A DNA stretch of 64,000 nucleotides, taken from assembly GCF_002854065.1 (NCBI RefSeq), contig NZ_CP024147.1; one strand, given 5' to 3'. The position numbers were made by a program, and so were the translations under genes. Below, in pieces: positions 20,267-29,427 of this stretch (position 1 is the stretch's first letter; every line of letters begins with the position of its first letter). The notes below the pieces were generated by a model. It did not search any database. It was not told where the DNA came from and saw only the letters and a list, made by a program, of their open reading frames with translations. The stretch comes from Escherichia coli (lineage in GTDB: Bacteria > Pseudomonadota > Gammaproteobacteria > Enterobacterales > Enterobacteriaceae).

Positions 20267-21084
20267 GTAAGCTGCTGTCACGTCTGGAGTGGACCTGGCG
20301 ACTGGTCATGACCGGGTTATGTTTTGCCCTGTTTGGTCTCGGCGGCCTGCTGCTTTCTGTCGTGTGGTTTAACATATTGTTAGTTTTGGTGTGGGATACT
20401 TCCCGCCGCCGTCGTTTGGCGCGTCGCAGCATTGCCGCCAGTTTTCGCCTGTTTTTAACTGTCGCGAAAGGGCTTGGCGTGCTGGATTATCGTATTGATG
20501 GCGCTGAAATTTTACGTCAGGAACGCGGTTGCCTCGTCGTAGCCAATCATCCCACGCTGATCGATTACGTGCTGCTGGCGTCAGTCATGCCAGAAACTGA
20601 CTGCCTGGTGAAAAGCGCGCTGTTAAAAAATCCTTTTCTTGGCGGCGTCGTGCGGGCGGCAGATTATTTAATCAACAGCGAAGCTGAAACCCTGTTACCC
20701 CGCTGCCAACAGCGACTGGCACAGGGTGACACTATCCTGATTTTCCCCGAAGGCACGCGAACGAAGCCCGGTGAAAAAATGACGCTGCAGCGCGGGGCGG
20801 CGAATATTGCCGTGCGCTGTGCCAGCGATTTACGCATCGTGACGATCGGCTGTAGCGAGCATCTGCTGGATAAACAAAGTAAATGGTATGACGTTCCACC
20901 TGACCGGCCGTTTTTTACGGTTGCAGTCCATGGTCGGGTTGAAATCAATAAATTTTACGATGCAACTTCACAAGAACCGGCGCTGGCAGCAAGGCAGTTA
21001 AACCGGCATCTTTTGCTTCAATTACAACAAGGTTGTTTACCTCTCTCAGGAATAAATAATGCAAGCGCTTTATCTGGAAATTAA
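20263..21084 (+). CDS. apeD: Lysophospholipid/1-acylglycerol-3-phosphate acyltransferase family protein, ApeD-like
   Basis: HX4D motif (NHPTLIDY), FPEGTR motif, N-terminal TM helix; ATG overlaps upstream stop (ATGA). Confidence 0.8.
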   Translation: MSKLLSRLEWTWRLVMTGLCFALFGLGGLLLSVVWFNILLVLVWDTSRRRRLARRSIAASFRLFLTVAKGLGVLDYRIDGAEILRQERGCLVVANHPTLIDYVLLASVMPETDCLVKSALLKNPFLGGVVRAADYLINSEAETLLPRCQQRLAQGDTILIFPEGTRTKPGEKMTLQRGAANIAVRCASDLRIVTIGCSEHLLDKQSKWYDVPPDRPFFTVAVHGRVEINKFYDATSQEPALAARQLNRHLLLQLQQGCLPLSGINNASALSGN

Positions 21085-21316
21085 AAACCTCATCATCAGC
21101 ACCCTCAATCTGGACGAGTTGACGCCTGATGATATCGATACCGACGCGCCGCTGTTTGGCGACGGTTTAGGGCTGGACTCTATCGATGCCCTGGAACTGG
21201 GACTGGCAGTAAAAAATGAGTACGGCATCGTGCTCTCTGCGGAAAGCGAAGAGATGCGTCAGCACTTTTTCTCCGTCGCCACTCTGGCCTCTTTCATTGC
21301 TGCGCAACGTGCCTGA
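21059..21316 (+). CDS. apeE: Acyl carrier protein 1, ApeE-like
   Basis: 85 aa, phosphopantetheine attachment motif GLDSIDALEL. Confidence 0.85.
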   Translation: MQALYLEIKNLIISTLNLDELTPDDIDTDAPLFGDGLGLDSIDALELGLAVKNEYGIVLSAESEEMRQHFFSVATLASFIAAQRA

Positions 21317-21327
21317 GGAAAGCCATC

Positions 21328-21579
21328 ATGACAGAACAACAAACCGTCTATCAGGAAGTCTCAGCCCTGCTGGTTAAGCTGTTTGAAATCGATCCGCAGG
21401 ACATCAAACCTGAAGCGCGCCTGTACGAAGATCTGGAACTGGACAGCATCGACGCCGTTGACATGATTGTGCACCTGCAAAAGAAAACCGGTAAGAAAAT
21501 CAAGCCGGAAGAGTTTAAAGCAGTGCGTACAGTCCAGGATGTCGTCGAGGCTGTAGAACGCCTGCTACAAGAAGCCTGA
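21328..21579 (+). CDS. apeF: Acyl carrier protein 2, ApeF-like
   Basis: 83 aa, attachment motif LELDSIDAVDMI; GAGGAA RBS. Confidence 0.85.
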   Translation: MTEQQTVYQEVSALLVKLFEIDPQDIKPEARLYEDLELDSIDAVDMIVHLQKKTGKKIKPEEFKAVRTVQDVVEAVERLLQEA

Positions 21580-21583
21580 TCTG

Positions 21584-22165
21584 ATGTCGGGCATTCGCTC
21601 GCTACCGATGATTAAGCTGCTGACTGGATTATTGCTGCTCGCCTGGCCGTTTGTGATTTGGTTTGGCTTAGCGCATAACGGCCTGCACTGGCTGTTGCCG
21701 CTAATAGCGTTGCTGCTTTTGTTGCGCCTGCGCCAGACCCGTCGCCAGGCGGGGCCGCTCCAGGTCGTCACACAAATCGTCGCTGTCGTGGGCATCGCAT
21801 TATGTGTCGCCAGCGTTCTGTTGAAAACACACCAGCTACTGCTGTTTTACCCGGTAGTGGTTAACGCGGTCATGCTGGCGGTTTTTGGCGGTTCGCTGTG
21901 GTCGGCAATGCCGATAGTTGAGCGGCTGGCGCGTTTGCAGGAGCCAGATCTGCCGGAAAAGGGCATGCGCTATACCCGCCGCGTCACGCAAATCTGGTGC
22001 GGCTTTTTCATCATCAACGGTGGAATTGCCCTCTTTACCGCGCTTTATGCCGATATGTCGTTATGGACCGCCTGGAACGGCATGATTGCTTATTTGTTGA
22101 TGGGAACATTAATGGCTGGTGAATGGCTGGTGCGCCGTCAGGTGATGAAAAGAGATCGCGCATGA
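21584..22165 (+). CDS. apeG: Integral membrane protein of unknown function, ApeG-like
   Basis: 193 aa with ~5 hydrophobic helices; translationally coupled to neighbours. Confidence 0.6.
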   Translation: MSGIRSLPMIKLLTGLLLLAWPFVIWFGLAHNGLHWLLPLIALLLLLRLRQTRRQAGPLQVVTQIVAVVGIALCVASVLLKTHQLLLFYPVVVNAVMLAVFGGSLWSAMPIVERLARLQEPDLPEKGMRYTRRVTQIWCGFFIINGGIALFTALYADMSLWTAWNGMIAYLLMGTLMAGEWLVRRQVMKRDRA

Positions 22166-23523
22166 AGCAGACCTTACCGCTTGCACGCTGGCTGACTGCG
22201 CCACGCTCTGATGACACACCCATTGCGTGGCTGGACGAAAGCTTCTGGACGCTGGGCGATTTGCGTCACGATGTCGCGCAACTTATCTGCCGCTTGCAGC
22301 AACAGCCGGGTGAACGCTGGGCGCTGTGCTTTGAGAACAGCTATCTGTTTATCGTTGCCCTGCTCGCCACGCTACACGCCGGAAAAACGCCGGTGCTTCC
22401 GGGGCATAACCGTGTTATCCAGCTTAACGAGCAACGTGAACTTTTTGATGGTGTGCTTAGCGACAGCGAACTTAACTGGCAAGGTTCATTGCTGTTGGTA
22501 GCAAGTTCCCCACAAATCGCGACACAATCCTTCACCTTTGCCGCTATAGCGCCAGAGGCTTTTATCGAGCTGTTTACCTCCGGTTCCACGGGACAGCCGA
22601 AACGGGTGATTAAACCTGTTCATTTGCTGGATCGTGAAGCAGAACTGCTGGCTGAACGATTAGGCGCACGTCTGGCGGGTTGTCGTGTCGTCGGTTCCGT
22701 ATTGCCGCAGCATTTGTACGGCCTGACTTTTCGCGTTTTCCTGCCCATGGCGTTGGGATTACCGCTGCACGCCGCCATGCTCTGGTATGTCGAACAGTTT
22801 GCCGCGTTGAGTCATCAGCATCGCTATATCTTCATCAGCAGCCCGGCATTTTTGAAGCGCCTGGATACCCAGCTTTCTCCGCCACCCGTTCAGGTGCTTC
22901 TCTCTGCTGGCGGTGAGCTGCCGTGGCAGGATGTACAACACACCGCAAGCTGGCTGCGCGTCTGGCCTGATGAAATCTACGGCAGCACGGAAACCGGTGT
23001 CATCGCCTGGCGTTACCGCGAACAAGAGCAACGCCGCTGGCTACCCTTCCCTGGTATGCAGTTCCAGGCCGAAGGTGATTCTTTTCGTCTCTTTTCACCG
23101 CTGATGGCGGAAGATAACGGCCTGTTACTCGACGATCTCTTGCAGTTTAGCCAGGACGGTCAGTTCCATCTGATGGGGCGTCGTGGGCGCATCGTTAAGA
23201 TTGAAGAAAAACGTATTTCACTCCAGGAAGTAGAACAACGTCTGCTGGCGCTGGACGGTATTCGCGAGGCGGCGGCAGTTCCCGTTACGCGCGGCGGGCG
23301 TCAGAGCATAGGCGTTTTGCTGGTGCTGGATGACGAAGCTCATCTGCAATGGCAGAACGGCGGCGGGCATAGCCAGGAAATGACCTGGCGGCGTTTACTG
23401 CGCCCGACGCTGGAGCCAGTTGCTATTCCGCGTTACTGGCGCGTTATTGATGAAATGCCAGTAAACAGTATGAACAAGCGTGTCTATGCGCAATTACAGG
23501 AGTTATTTCATGAAGCCCCATGA
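22162..23523 (+). CDS. apeH: AMP-dependent synthetase/ligase (aryl/acyl adenylating enzyme), ApeH-like
   Basis: ORF 22123..23523 trimmed to ATG overlapping upstream stop (MKQTLPLARWL...); adenylation P-loop FTSGSTGQPKRV. Confidence 0.8.
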   Translation: MKQTLPLARWLTAPRSDDTPIAWLDESFWTLGDLRHDVAQLICRLQQQPGERWALCFENSYLFIVALLATLHAGKTPVLPGHNRVIQLNEQRELFDGVLSDSELNWQGSLLLVASSPQIATQSFTFAAIAPEAFIELFTSGSTGQPKRVIKPVHLLDREAELLAERLGARLAGCRVVGSVLPQHLYGLTFRVFLPMALGLPLHAAMLWYVEQFAALSHQHRYIFISSPAFLKRLDTQLSPPPVQVLLSAGGELPWQDVQHTASWLRVWPDEIYGSTETGVIAWRYREQEQRRWLPFPGMQFQAEGDSFRLFSPLMAEDNGLLLDDLLQFSQDGQFHLMGRRGRIVKIEEKRISLQEVEQRLLALDGIREAAAVPVTRGGRQSIGVLLVLDDEAHLQWQNGGGHSQEMTWRRLLRPTLEPVAIPRYWRVIDEMPVNSMNKRVYAQLQELFHEAP

Positions 23524-23863
23524 AATCGAGCGCCATCAGGCACAAACGAATCACCTTGAAATTGTTCTGCATCTCAGGGCGGATCTGTTCTGGTTTCGCG
23601 GTCATTTTGCCGTGCAACCATTACTCCCAGGAGTTGCGCAAATCGACTGGGCGATGAGCTACGCGCTCAATCTGCTCGCGCCTGGCTGGCGTTTTCACTC
23701 CATTCAGAACATAAAATTCCAGTCTCCGTTGCTGCCGGAAAACCGCGTCACGCTCGCGCTTAACTGGCAGGAAGAACGCCAGATTCTGAGCTTTAGCTAT
23801 CAGCGTCACGACGGTGACGCCCGCCACACCGCCAGTAGCGGGAAGATCCGCCTATGTCGGTAA
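23510..23863 (+). CDS. apeI: Hotdog-fold 3-hydroxyacyl-ACP dehydratase (FabA/FabZ-like), ApeI-like
   Basis: ~117 aa from MKPHEIERHQ...; hotdog-size protein in FAS-like context; start overlaps apeH end. Confidence 0.65.
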   Translation: MKPHEIERHQAQTNHLEIVLHLRADLFWFRGHFAVQPLLPGVAQIDWAMSYALNLLAPGWRFHSIQNIKFQSPLLPENRVTLALNWQEERQILSFSYQRHDGDARHTASSGKIRLCR

Positions 23864-25530
23864 ACTTTTCTCCCTGCGTGTTGATTCCCTGCTATAACCA
23901 CGGCGCGATGATGCCGGGCGTGCTGGCGCGTCTTAAGCCATTTAATCTCCCCTGTATTGTGGTGGACGACGGCAGCGATGCCGCCACGCAACAGCAACTG
24001 GATAATCTGGTTAGCGAACAGCCTGGCGTGACCTTAATTCGCTTAGCAGAAAACGCAGGTAAAGGCGCGGCAGTGATGCGTGGCTTACAGGCAGCGGCAG
24101 ACGCAGGGTTCAGCCATGCGGTGCAGGTGGATGCTGACGGTCAACATGCGATTGAAGATATCCCCAAACTGCTGGCACTCGCTGAACGACACCCTGCGGC
24201 GCTGATCTCCGGCCAGCCAATTTACGATGACTCCATCCCCCGCTCACGGCTTTACGGGCGCTGGGTCACCCACGTCTGGGTATGGATCGAAACGCTCTCC
24301 CTGCAACTGAAAGACAGCATGTGCGGCTTTCGCGTTTATCCGGTTGCGCCAACGCTGCAACTGGCAAAACACGCCACCATCGGCAAGCGGATGGATTTCG
24401 ACACTGAAGTGATGGTGCGCCTCTACTGGCAGGGAAACACCAGCTATTTCGTGCCGACCCGCGTCACCTATCCACTGGACGGGCTTTCGCATTTTGATGC
24501 CCTGAAAGATAACGTCCGCATCTCGCTCATGCACACGCGTCTGTTTTTCGGCATGTTACCGCGTATTCCTTCACTGCTGATGCGCCGCTCTTCCAGCCAC
24601 TGGGCGCGGCAGAGTGAAGTGAAAGGATTATGGGGAATGCGCCTGATGCTGCTGGTCTGGCGTCTGCTGGGAAGAACGGCGTTTAGCGCGCTGCTTTACC
24701 CGGTGGTGGGCGTCTACTGGCTCACTGCTTCTCGTGCGCGCAAAGCGTCGCAAGACTGGCTCGCCCGTGTACGACAGCATCAACCACAGGCGGCAAAACT
24801 CAACAGCTATCAGCACTTTCTACGTTTCGGTAATGCCATGCTCGACAAAATCGCCAGTTGGCGCGGCGAGCTGCAACTGGGGCGCGATGTGCTGTTTGCG
24901 CCAGGCGCAGAAGCGGCACTTAACGTCAGCGATCCGCGCGGCAAATTGCTGCTGGCCTCGCATCTTGGCGATGTGGAAGTGTGCCGGGCGCTGGCAAAAA
25001 TTCAGGGCTACAAAACCATTAACGCGCTGGTGTTTAGCGAAAACGCCCAACGCTTTAAACAGATAATGCAGGAGATGGCCCCGCAGGCCGGCATCAACCT
25101 GATGCCGGTAACGGATATCGGCCCGGAAACCGCCATCCTGCTCAAAGAGAAGCTGGATAACGGCGAATGGGTGGCGATTGTCGGTGACCGCATCGCCGTC
25201 AACCCGCAACGCGGCGGCGACTGGCGCGTCTGCTGGAGTCCGTTTATGGGCCAGCCTGCGCCCTTCCCACAGGGGCCGTTTATTCTCGCGTCTATTTTGC
25301 GCTGCCCGGTGAATCTGATTTTCGCCCTGCGCCAGCACGGCAAGCTGCATATTCACTGCGAAACCTTTGCCGACCCGCTGCTGTTGCCGCGTGGCGAACG
25401 CCAACAGGCGCTGCAAAACGCTATCGACCACTACGCCGCGCGTCTGGAACATTACGCGCTCCAGTCGCCCCTCGACTGGTTTAATTTTTTCGATTTCTGG
25501 CAACTGCCGGAAATTCAGGACAAGGAGTAA
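23854..25530 (+). CDS. apeJ: Two-domain protein: N-terminal family-2 glycosyltransferase fused to a C-terminal domain of unresolved (possibly acyltransferase-like) function, ApeJ-like
   Basis: 558 aa; GT-A signatures CYNHGAMMP, VVDDGSDA, QVDADGQH in the first ~230 aa; remainder has no motif I can assign. Confidence 0.75.
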   Translation: MSVNFSPCVLIPCYNHGAMMPGVLARLKPFNLPCIVVDDGSDAATQQQLDNLVSEQPGVTLIRLAENAGKGAAVMRGLQAAADAGFSHAVQVDADGQHAIEDIPKLLALAERHPAALISGQPIYDDSIPRSRLYGRWVTHVWVWIETLSLQLKDSMCGFRVYPVAPTLQLAKHATIGKRMDFDTEVMVRLYWQGNTSYFVPTRVTYPLDGLSHFDALKDNVRISLMHTRLFFGMLPRIPSLLMRRSSSHWARQSEVKGLWGMRLMLLVWRLLGRTAFSALLYPVVGVYWLTASRARKASQDWLARVRQHQPQAAKLNSYQHFLRFGNAMLDKIASWRGELQLGRDVLFAPGAEAALNVSDPRGKLLLASHLGDVEVCRALAKIQGYKTINALVFSENAQRFKQIMQEMAPQAGINLMPVTDIGPETAILLKEKLDNGEWVAIVGDRIAVNPQRGGDWRVCWSPFMGQPAPFPQGPFILASILRCPVNLIFALRQHGKLHIHCETFADPLLLPRGERQQALQNAIDHYAARLEHYALQSPLDWFNFFDFWQLPEIQDKE

Positions 25531-25533
25531 AGG

Positions 25534-25956
25534 GTGCTTAACGATCCCCGATTTACCGCTGAAGTCGAGCTGACCATTCCCTTTCACGACGTCGATATGA
25601 TGGGCGTGGCCTGGCACGGTAACTATTTTCGCTACTTTGAAGTGGCCCGCGAGGCGCTGCTCAACCAGTTCAATTACGGCTATCGGCAGATGAAAGAGTC
25701 CGGTTATTTGTGGCCAGTGGTCGATGCGCGGGTGAAATATCGCCACGCCCTCACCTTTGAGCAACGCATCCGCGTGCGTGCGCATATCGAAGAGTTCGAA
25801 AACCGTCTGCGGATTGGCTATCAGATTTTCGATGCCGAAACGGGCAAACGCGCCACCACCGGATACACCATTCAGGTCGCGGTCGACGAGCAAAGTCGCG
25901 AACTGTGCTTTGTCAGCCCCGATATTCTGTTTGAACGCATGGGAGTCAAACCATGA
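25534..25956 (+). CDS. apeK: 4HBT/YbgC-type hotdog acyl thioesterase, ApeK-like
   Basis: 140 aa; apparent GTG start after AAGGAG RBS; hotdog thioesterase-like N-terminus (FHDVDMMGVAWHGNYFRYFE). Confidence 0.7.
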   Translation: MLNDPRFTAEVELTIPFHDVDMMGVAWHGNYFRYFEVAREALLNQFNYGYRQMKESGYLWPVVDARVKYRHALTFEQRIRVRAHIEEFENRLRIGYQIFDAETGKRATTGYTIQVAVDEQSRELCFVSPDILFERMGVKP

Positions 25957-26558
25957 AATTTTTACCGCTACTGGCGCTGCTGATTAGCCCGTTTGTGAGC
26001 GCCCTGACCCTGGACGATCTTCAGCAACGCTTTACCGAACAATCGGTGATCCGCGCCCATTTCGATCAAACCCGGACGATTAAAGATCTGCCGCAGCCGC
26101 TGCGATCTCAGGGCCAGATGTTGATCGCCCGCGACCAGGGGCTGTTGTGGGATCAAACCTCACCGTTCCCCATGCAACTATTACTGGACGATAAACGCAT
26201 GGTGCAGGTGATCAACGGTCAGCCGCCGCAAATCATCACGGCAGAAAACAACCCGCAGATGTTTCAGTTTAACCACCTGCTGCGCGCGCTGTTCCAGGCC
26301 GATCGCAAAGTGCTGGAACAAAACTTCCGCGTCGAATTTACCGACAAAGGCGAAGGCCGCTGGACGCTGCGCCTGACCCCAACCACCACGCCGCTGGATA
26401 AAATTTTCAACACCATCGATCTCGCCGGGCAAACCTATCTGGAGAGCATTCAACTTAATGATAAACAGGGCGATCGCACCGATATTGCTCTTACCCAACA
26501 TCAACTGACGCCAGCGCAACTGACCGATGACGAACGCCAACGTTTTGCCGCCCAGTAA
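25953..26558 (+). CDS. apeL: LolA-like periplasmic lipid/lipoprotein carrier, ApeL-like
   Basis: 201 aa with signal peptide MKFLPLLALLISPFVSA; ATGA overlap with upstream gene. Confidence 0.65.
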   Translation: MKFLPLLALLISPFVSALTLDDLQQRFTEQSVIRAHFDQTRTIKDLPQPLRSQGQMLIARDQGLLWDQTSPFPMQLLLDDKRMVQVINGQPPQIITAENNPQMFQFNHLLRALFQADRKVLEQNFRVEFTDKGEGRWTLRLTPTTTPLDKIFNTIDLAGQTYLESIQLNDKQGDRTDIALTQHQLTPAQLTDDERQRFAAQ

Positions 26559-28845
26559 ACGCCCCGCGCTGTTATGGGGGCTAGTCTGCCTGGTCATGGC
26601 GGCGGCGTTGCTGATCCTGCTGCCGCAATCACGGCTGAACAGTAGCGTGCTGGCTATGTTACCCAAACAGGCGATGGGCGATATTCCCCCAGCGCTGAAT
26701 GACGGCTTTATGCAGCGTCTGGACCGCCAACTGGTGTGGCTGGTCAGCCCCGGTAAAGAGGCTAATCCCAGGGTGGCTCAGGAGTGGCTGACGCTGCTGC
26801 AAAAATCCGCTGCGCTCGGCGACGTTAAAGGGCCAATGGATGCCGCCAGCCAGCAAGCGTGGGGCGCGTTTTTCTGGCAGCACCGCAACGGCCTGATTGA
26901 CCCCGACACCCGCGCCCGCCTGCAAAACGGCGGCGAAGCGCAGGCGCAGTGGATCCTCTCCCAGCTTTATTCTGCATTCTCCGGGGTAAGCGGCAAGGAG
27001 CTGCAAAACGATCCGCTGATGTTAATGCGCGGCTCGCAGCTGGCGATGGCAAAAAATGGCCAGCGTTTGCGGCTGATGGACGGCTGGCTGGTGACGCAGG
27101 ATCCCCAGGGCAACTACTGGTATCTGCTGCACGGCGAACTGGCGGGATCGTCGTTTGATATGCAGCAAACCCACCAGCTCATCACGACCCTGAATACGCT
27201 GGAAAAGGATCTGAAAACGCGTTACCCACAGGCGCAGTTGCTCTCGCGCGGCACGGTATTTTACAGCGATTACGCCAGTCAACAGGCGAAGCAGGATATC
27301 TCAACCCTGGGCGTGGCAACGCTGCTGGGGGTGATATTACTGATTGTGGCGGTGTTCCGCTCTTTGCGCCCATTGTTGCTTTGCGTGATTTCCATCGGCA
27401 TCGGCGCGCTGGCGGGAACGGTCGCCACTTTATTGATTTTCGGTGAATTACACCTGATGACGCTGGTGATGAGCATGAGCGTTATCGGCATTTCCGCTGA
27501 CTACACGCTCTATTATCTCACCGAGCGGATGGTGCACGGCAACGACGTTTCGCCGTGGCAAAGCCTGGCGAAAGTACGCAATGCCCTGCTGCTGGCGCTG
27601 CTCACCACCGTGGCGGCATATCTGATTATGATGCTCGCCCCCTTCCCCGGCATTCGCCAGATGGCGATTTTTGCCGCCGTCGGGTTGAGCGCCTCCTGTC
27701 TGACCGTCCTGTTCTGGCATCCGTGGCTGTGCCGTGGCCTGCCGGTGCGTCCGGTTCCGGCGATGGCGCTGATGCTGCGCTGGCTGGCAGCGTGGCGGCG
27801 CAATAAAAAACTGTCGCTGGGTCTGCCCGTCGCGCTGGCGCTGTTTTCGCTGGCGGGGATGTCAATGCTGCGCGTCGATGACGATATCTCGCAGTTACAG
27901 GCGCTGCCGCAGCATATTCTGGCGCAGGAGAAAGCCATTACCGCCCTGACCGGACAAAGCGTCGATCAAAAATGGTTTGTGGTTTACGGCGATTCGCCAC
28001 AGCAAACATTGCGGCGACTGGAGAAATATACCGCCTCACTTGAGTATGCGAAAAAAGAGGGGCTTATCAGCAACTACCGCACCATTCCGCTGAACTCCCT
28101 TGCGCGGCAGGAGGAAGATTTACAACTGCTGAAAACGGCGGCCCCGACAGTAACAAAAGCGCTGCAAAATGCCGGGCTGACGGCAGTGAACCCGGATCTC
28201 AACGCCATGCCAGTGAACGTTGATGAATGGCTGGCAAGCCCTGCCAGTGAAGGCTGGCGTCTGCTGTGGCTGACGCTGGAAAACGGCGAAAGCGGCGTAC
28301 TGGTGCCGGTTGAAGGGGTTAAAAGTAGCGCGTTGATGCAGGAAATCGCCACATATTACCCTTGCGGCATTGCCTGGGTTGATCGCAAAAGCACCTTTGA
28401 TGAGTTGTTCGCGCTTTACCGTTATGTCTTAACCGGCTTGTTGCTGGTGGCGCTGGCGGTGATTGCCTGCGGCGCAGTGGCCCGTCTCGGCTGGCGCAAA
28501 GGGCTTATCAGCCTTGTACCTTCGGTGCTTTCGCTGGGTTGTGGTCTGGCGGTGCTGGCGATGAGCGGGCAGGCGGTGAATCTCTTTTCGCTGCTGGCGC
28601 TGGTGCTGGTGCTTGGCATCGGCATCAACTACACGCTGTTTTTCAGTAATCCGCGCGGCACACCATTAACTTCGCTACTGGCGATCACGCTGGCAATGCT
28701 CACCACCTTGCTGACGCTGGGAATGCTGATATTCAGCGCCACCCAGGCCATCAGCAGTTTTGGCATTGTGCTGGTGAGCGGTATTTTCACCGCCTTCCTG
28801 CTTTCGCCGCTGGCGATGCCCGATAAAAAGAGAACAAAAAAATGA
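26527..28845 (+). CDS. apeM: MMPL/RND-superfamily membrane exporter, ApeM-like
   Basis: 772 aa, two hydrophobic TM bundles separated by soluble domains; start ambiguous (ATG 26527 overlapping apeL, or in-frame start further down). Confidence 0.75.
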   Translation: MTNANVLPPSKRPALLWGLVCLVMAAALLILLPQSRLNSSVLAMLPKQAMGDIPPALNDGFMQRLDRQLVWLVSPGKEANPRVAQEWLTLLQKSAALGDVKGPMDAASQQAWGAFFWQHRNGLIDPDTRARLQNGGEAQAQWILSQLYSAFSGVSGKELQNDPLMLMRGSQLAMAKNGQRLRLMDGWLVTQDPQGNYWYLLHGELAGSSFDMQQTHQLITTLNTLEKDLKTRYPQAQLLSRGTVFYSDYASQQAKQDISTLGVATLLGVILLIVAVFRSLRPLLLCVISIGIGALAGTVATLLIFGELHLMTLVMSMSVIGISADYTLYYLTERMVHGNDVSPWQSLAKVRNALLLALLTTVAAYLIMMLAPFPGIRQMAIFAAVGLSASCLTVLFWHPWLCRGLPVRPVPAMALMLRWLAAWRRNKKLSLGLPVALALFSLAGMSMLRVDDDISQLQALPQHILAQEKAITALTGQSVDQKWFVVYGDSPQQTLRRLEKYTASLEYAKKEGLISNYRTIPLNSLARQEEDLQLLKTAAPTVTKALQNAGLTAVNPDLNAMPVNVDEWLASPASEGWRLLWLTLENGESGVLVPVEGVKSSALMQEIATYYPCGIAWVDRKSTFDELFALYRYVLTGLLLVALAVIACGAVARLGWRKGLISLVPSVLSLGCGLAVLAMSGQAVNLFSLLALVLVLGIGINYTLFFSNPRGTPLTSLLAITLAMLTTLLTLGMLIFSATQAISSFGIVLVSGIFTAFLLSPLAMPDKKRTKK

Positions 28846-29426
28846 TCAAATCCACATTCTGGCGAGCGTTCGCCCTGACCGCTACGCTTATCCTCACCGG
28901 CTGTAGCCACTCGCAACCAGAACAGGAAGGCCGCCCGCAGGCGTGGCTGCAACCTGGCACGCGCATCACGCTGCCGGCACCAGGGATTTCACCCGCAGTC
29001 AATTCGCAGCAACTGTTGACCGGCAGCTTCAACGGCAAAACCCAGTCGCTGTTAGTGATGCTTAACGCCGACGATCAGAAAATCACCCTTGCCGGGCTGT
29101 CGTCGGTCGGCATTCGCCTGTTTCTGGTGACCTACGATGCGCAAGGGCTACGCGCCGAGCAATCCATCGTCGTCCCACAGTTACCGCCCGCAAGTCAGGT
29201 ACTGGCTGACGTGATGCTCAGCCACTGGCCGATTAGCGCCTGGCAACCGCAACTTCCCGCAGGATGGACACTTCGCGACAACGGTGACAAACGCGAGCTG
29301 CGTAACGCCAGCGGCAAACTGGTCACGGAAATCACCTATCTGAATCGCAAGGGCAAACGCGTGCCAATCAGCATTGAGCAGCATGTCTTTAAATACCACA
29401 TCACCATTCAATACTTAGGTGACTGA
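28842..29426 (+). CDS. apeN: Lipoprotein of unknown function, ApeN-like
   Basis: 194 aa, signal peptide plus lipobox LTGC; ATGA overlap with apeM stop. Confidence 0.6.
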   Translation: MIKSTFWRAFALTATLILTGCSHSQPEQEGRPQAWLQPGTRITLPAPGISPAVNSQQLLTGSFNGKTQSLLVMLNADDQKITLAGLSSVGIRLFLVTYDAQGLRAEQSIVVPQLPPASQVLADVMLSHWPISAWQPQLPAGWTLRDNGDKRELRNASGKLVTEITYLNRKGKRVPISIEQHVFKYHITIQYLGD

Positions 29427-29427
29427 T

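Noticed and set aside
24820-25893. 357-aa minus-strand ORF antisense to the GT2 fusion gene and thioesterase
   Set aside because: Spans two sense genes with good motifs and coupling; Arg/Gly/Ala-rich translation with no motif; a high-GC antisense artefact.
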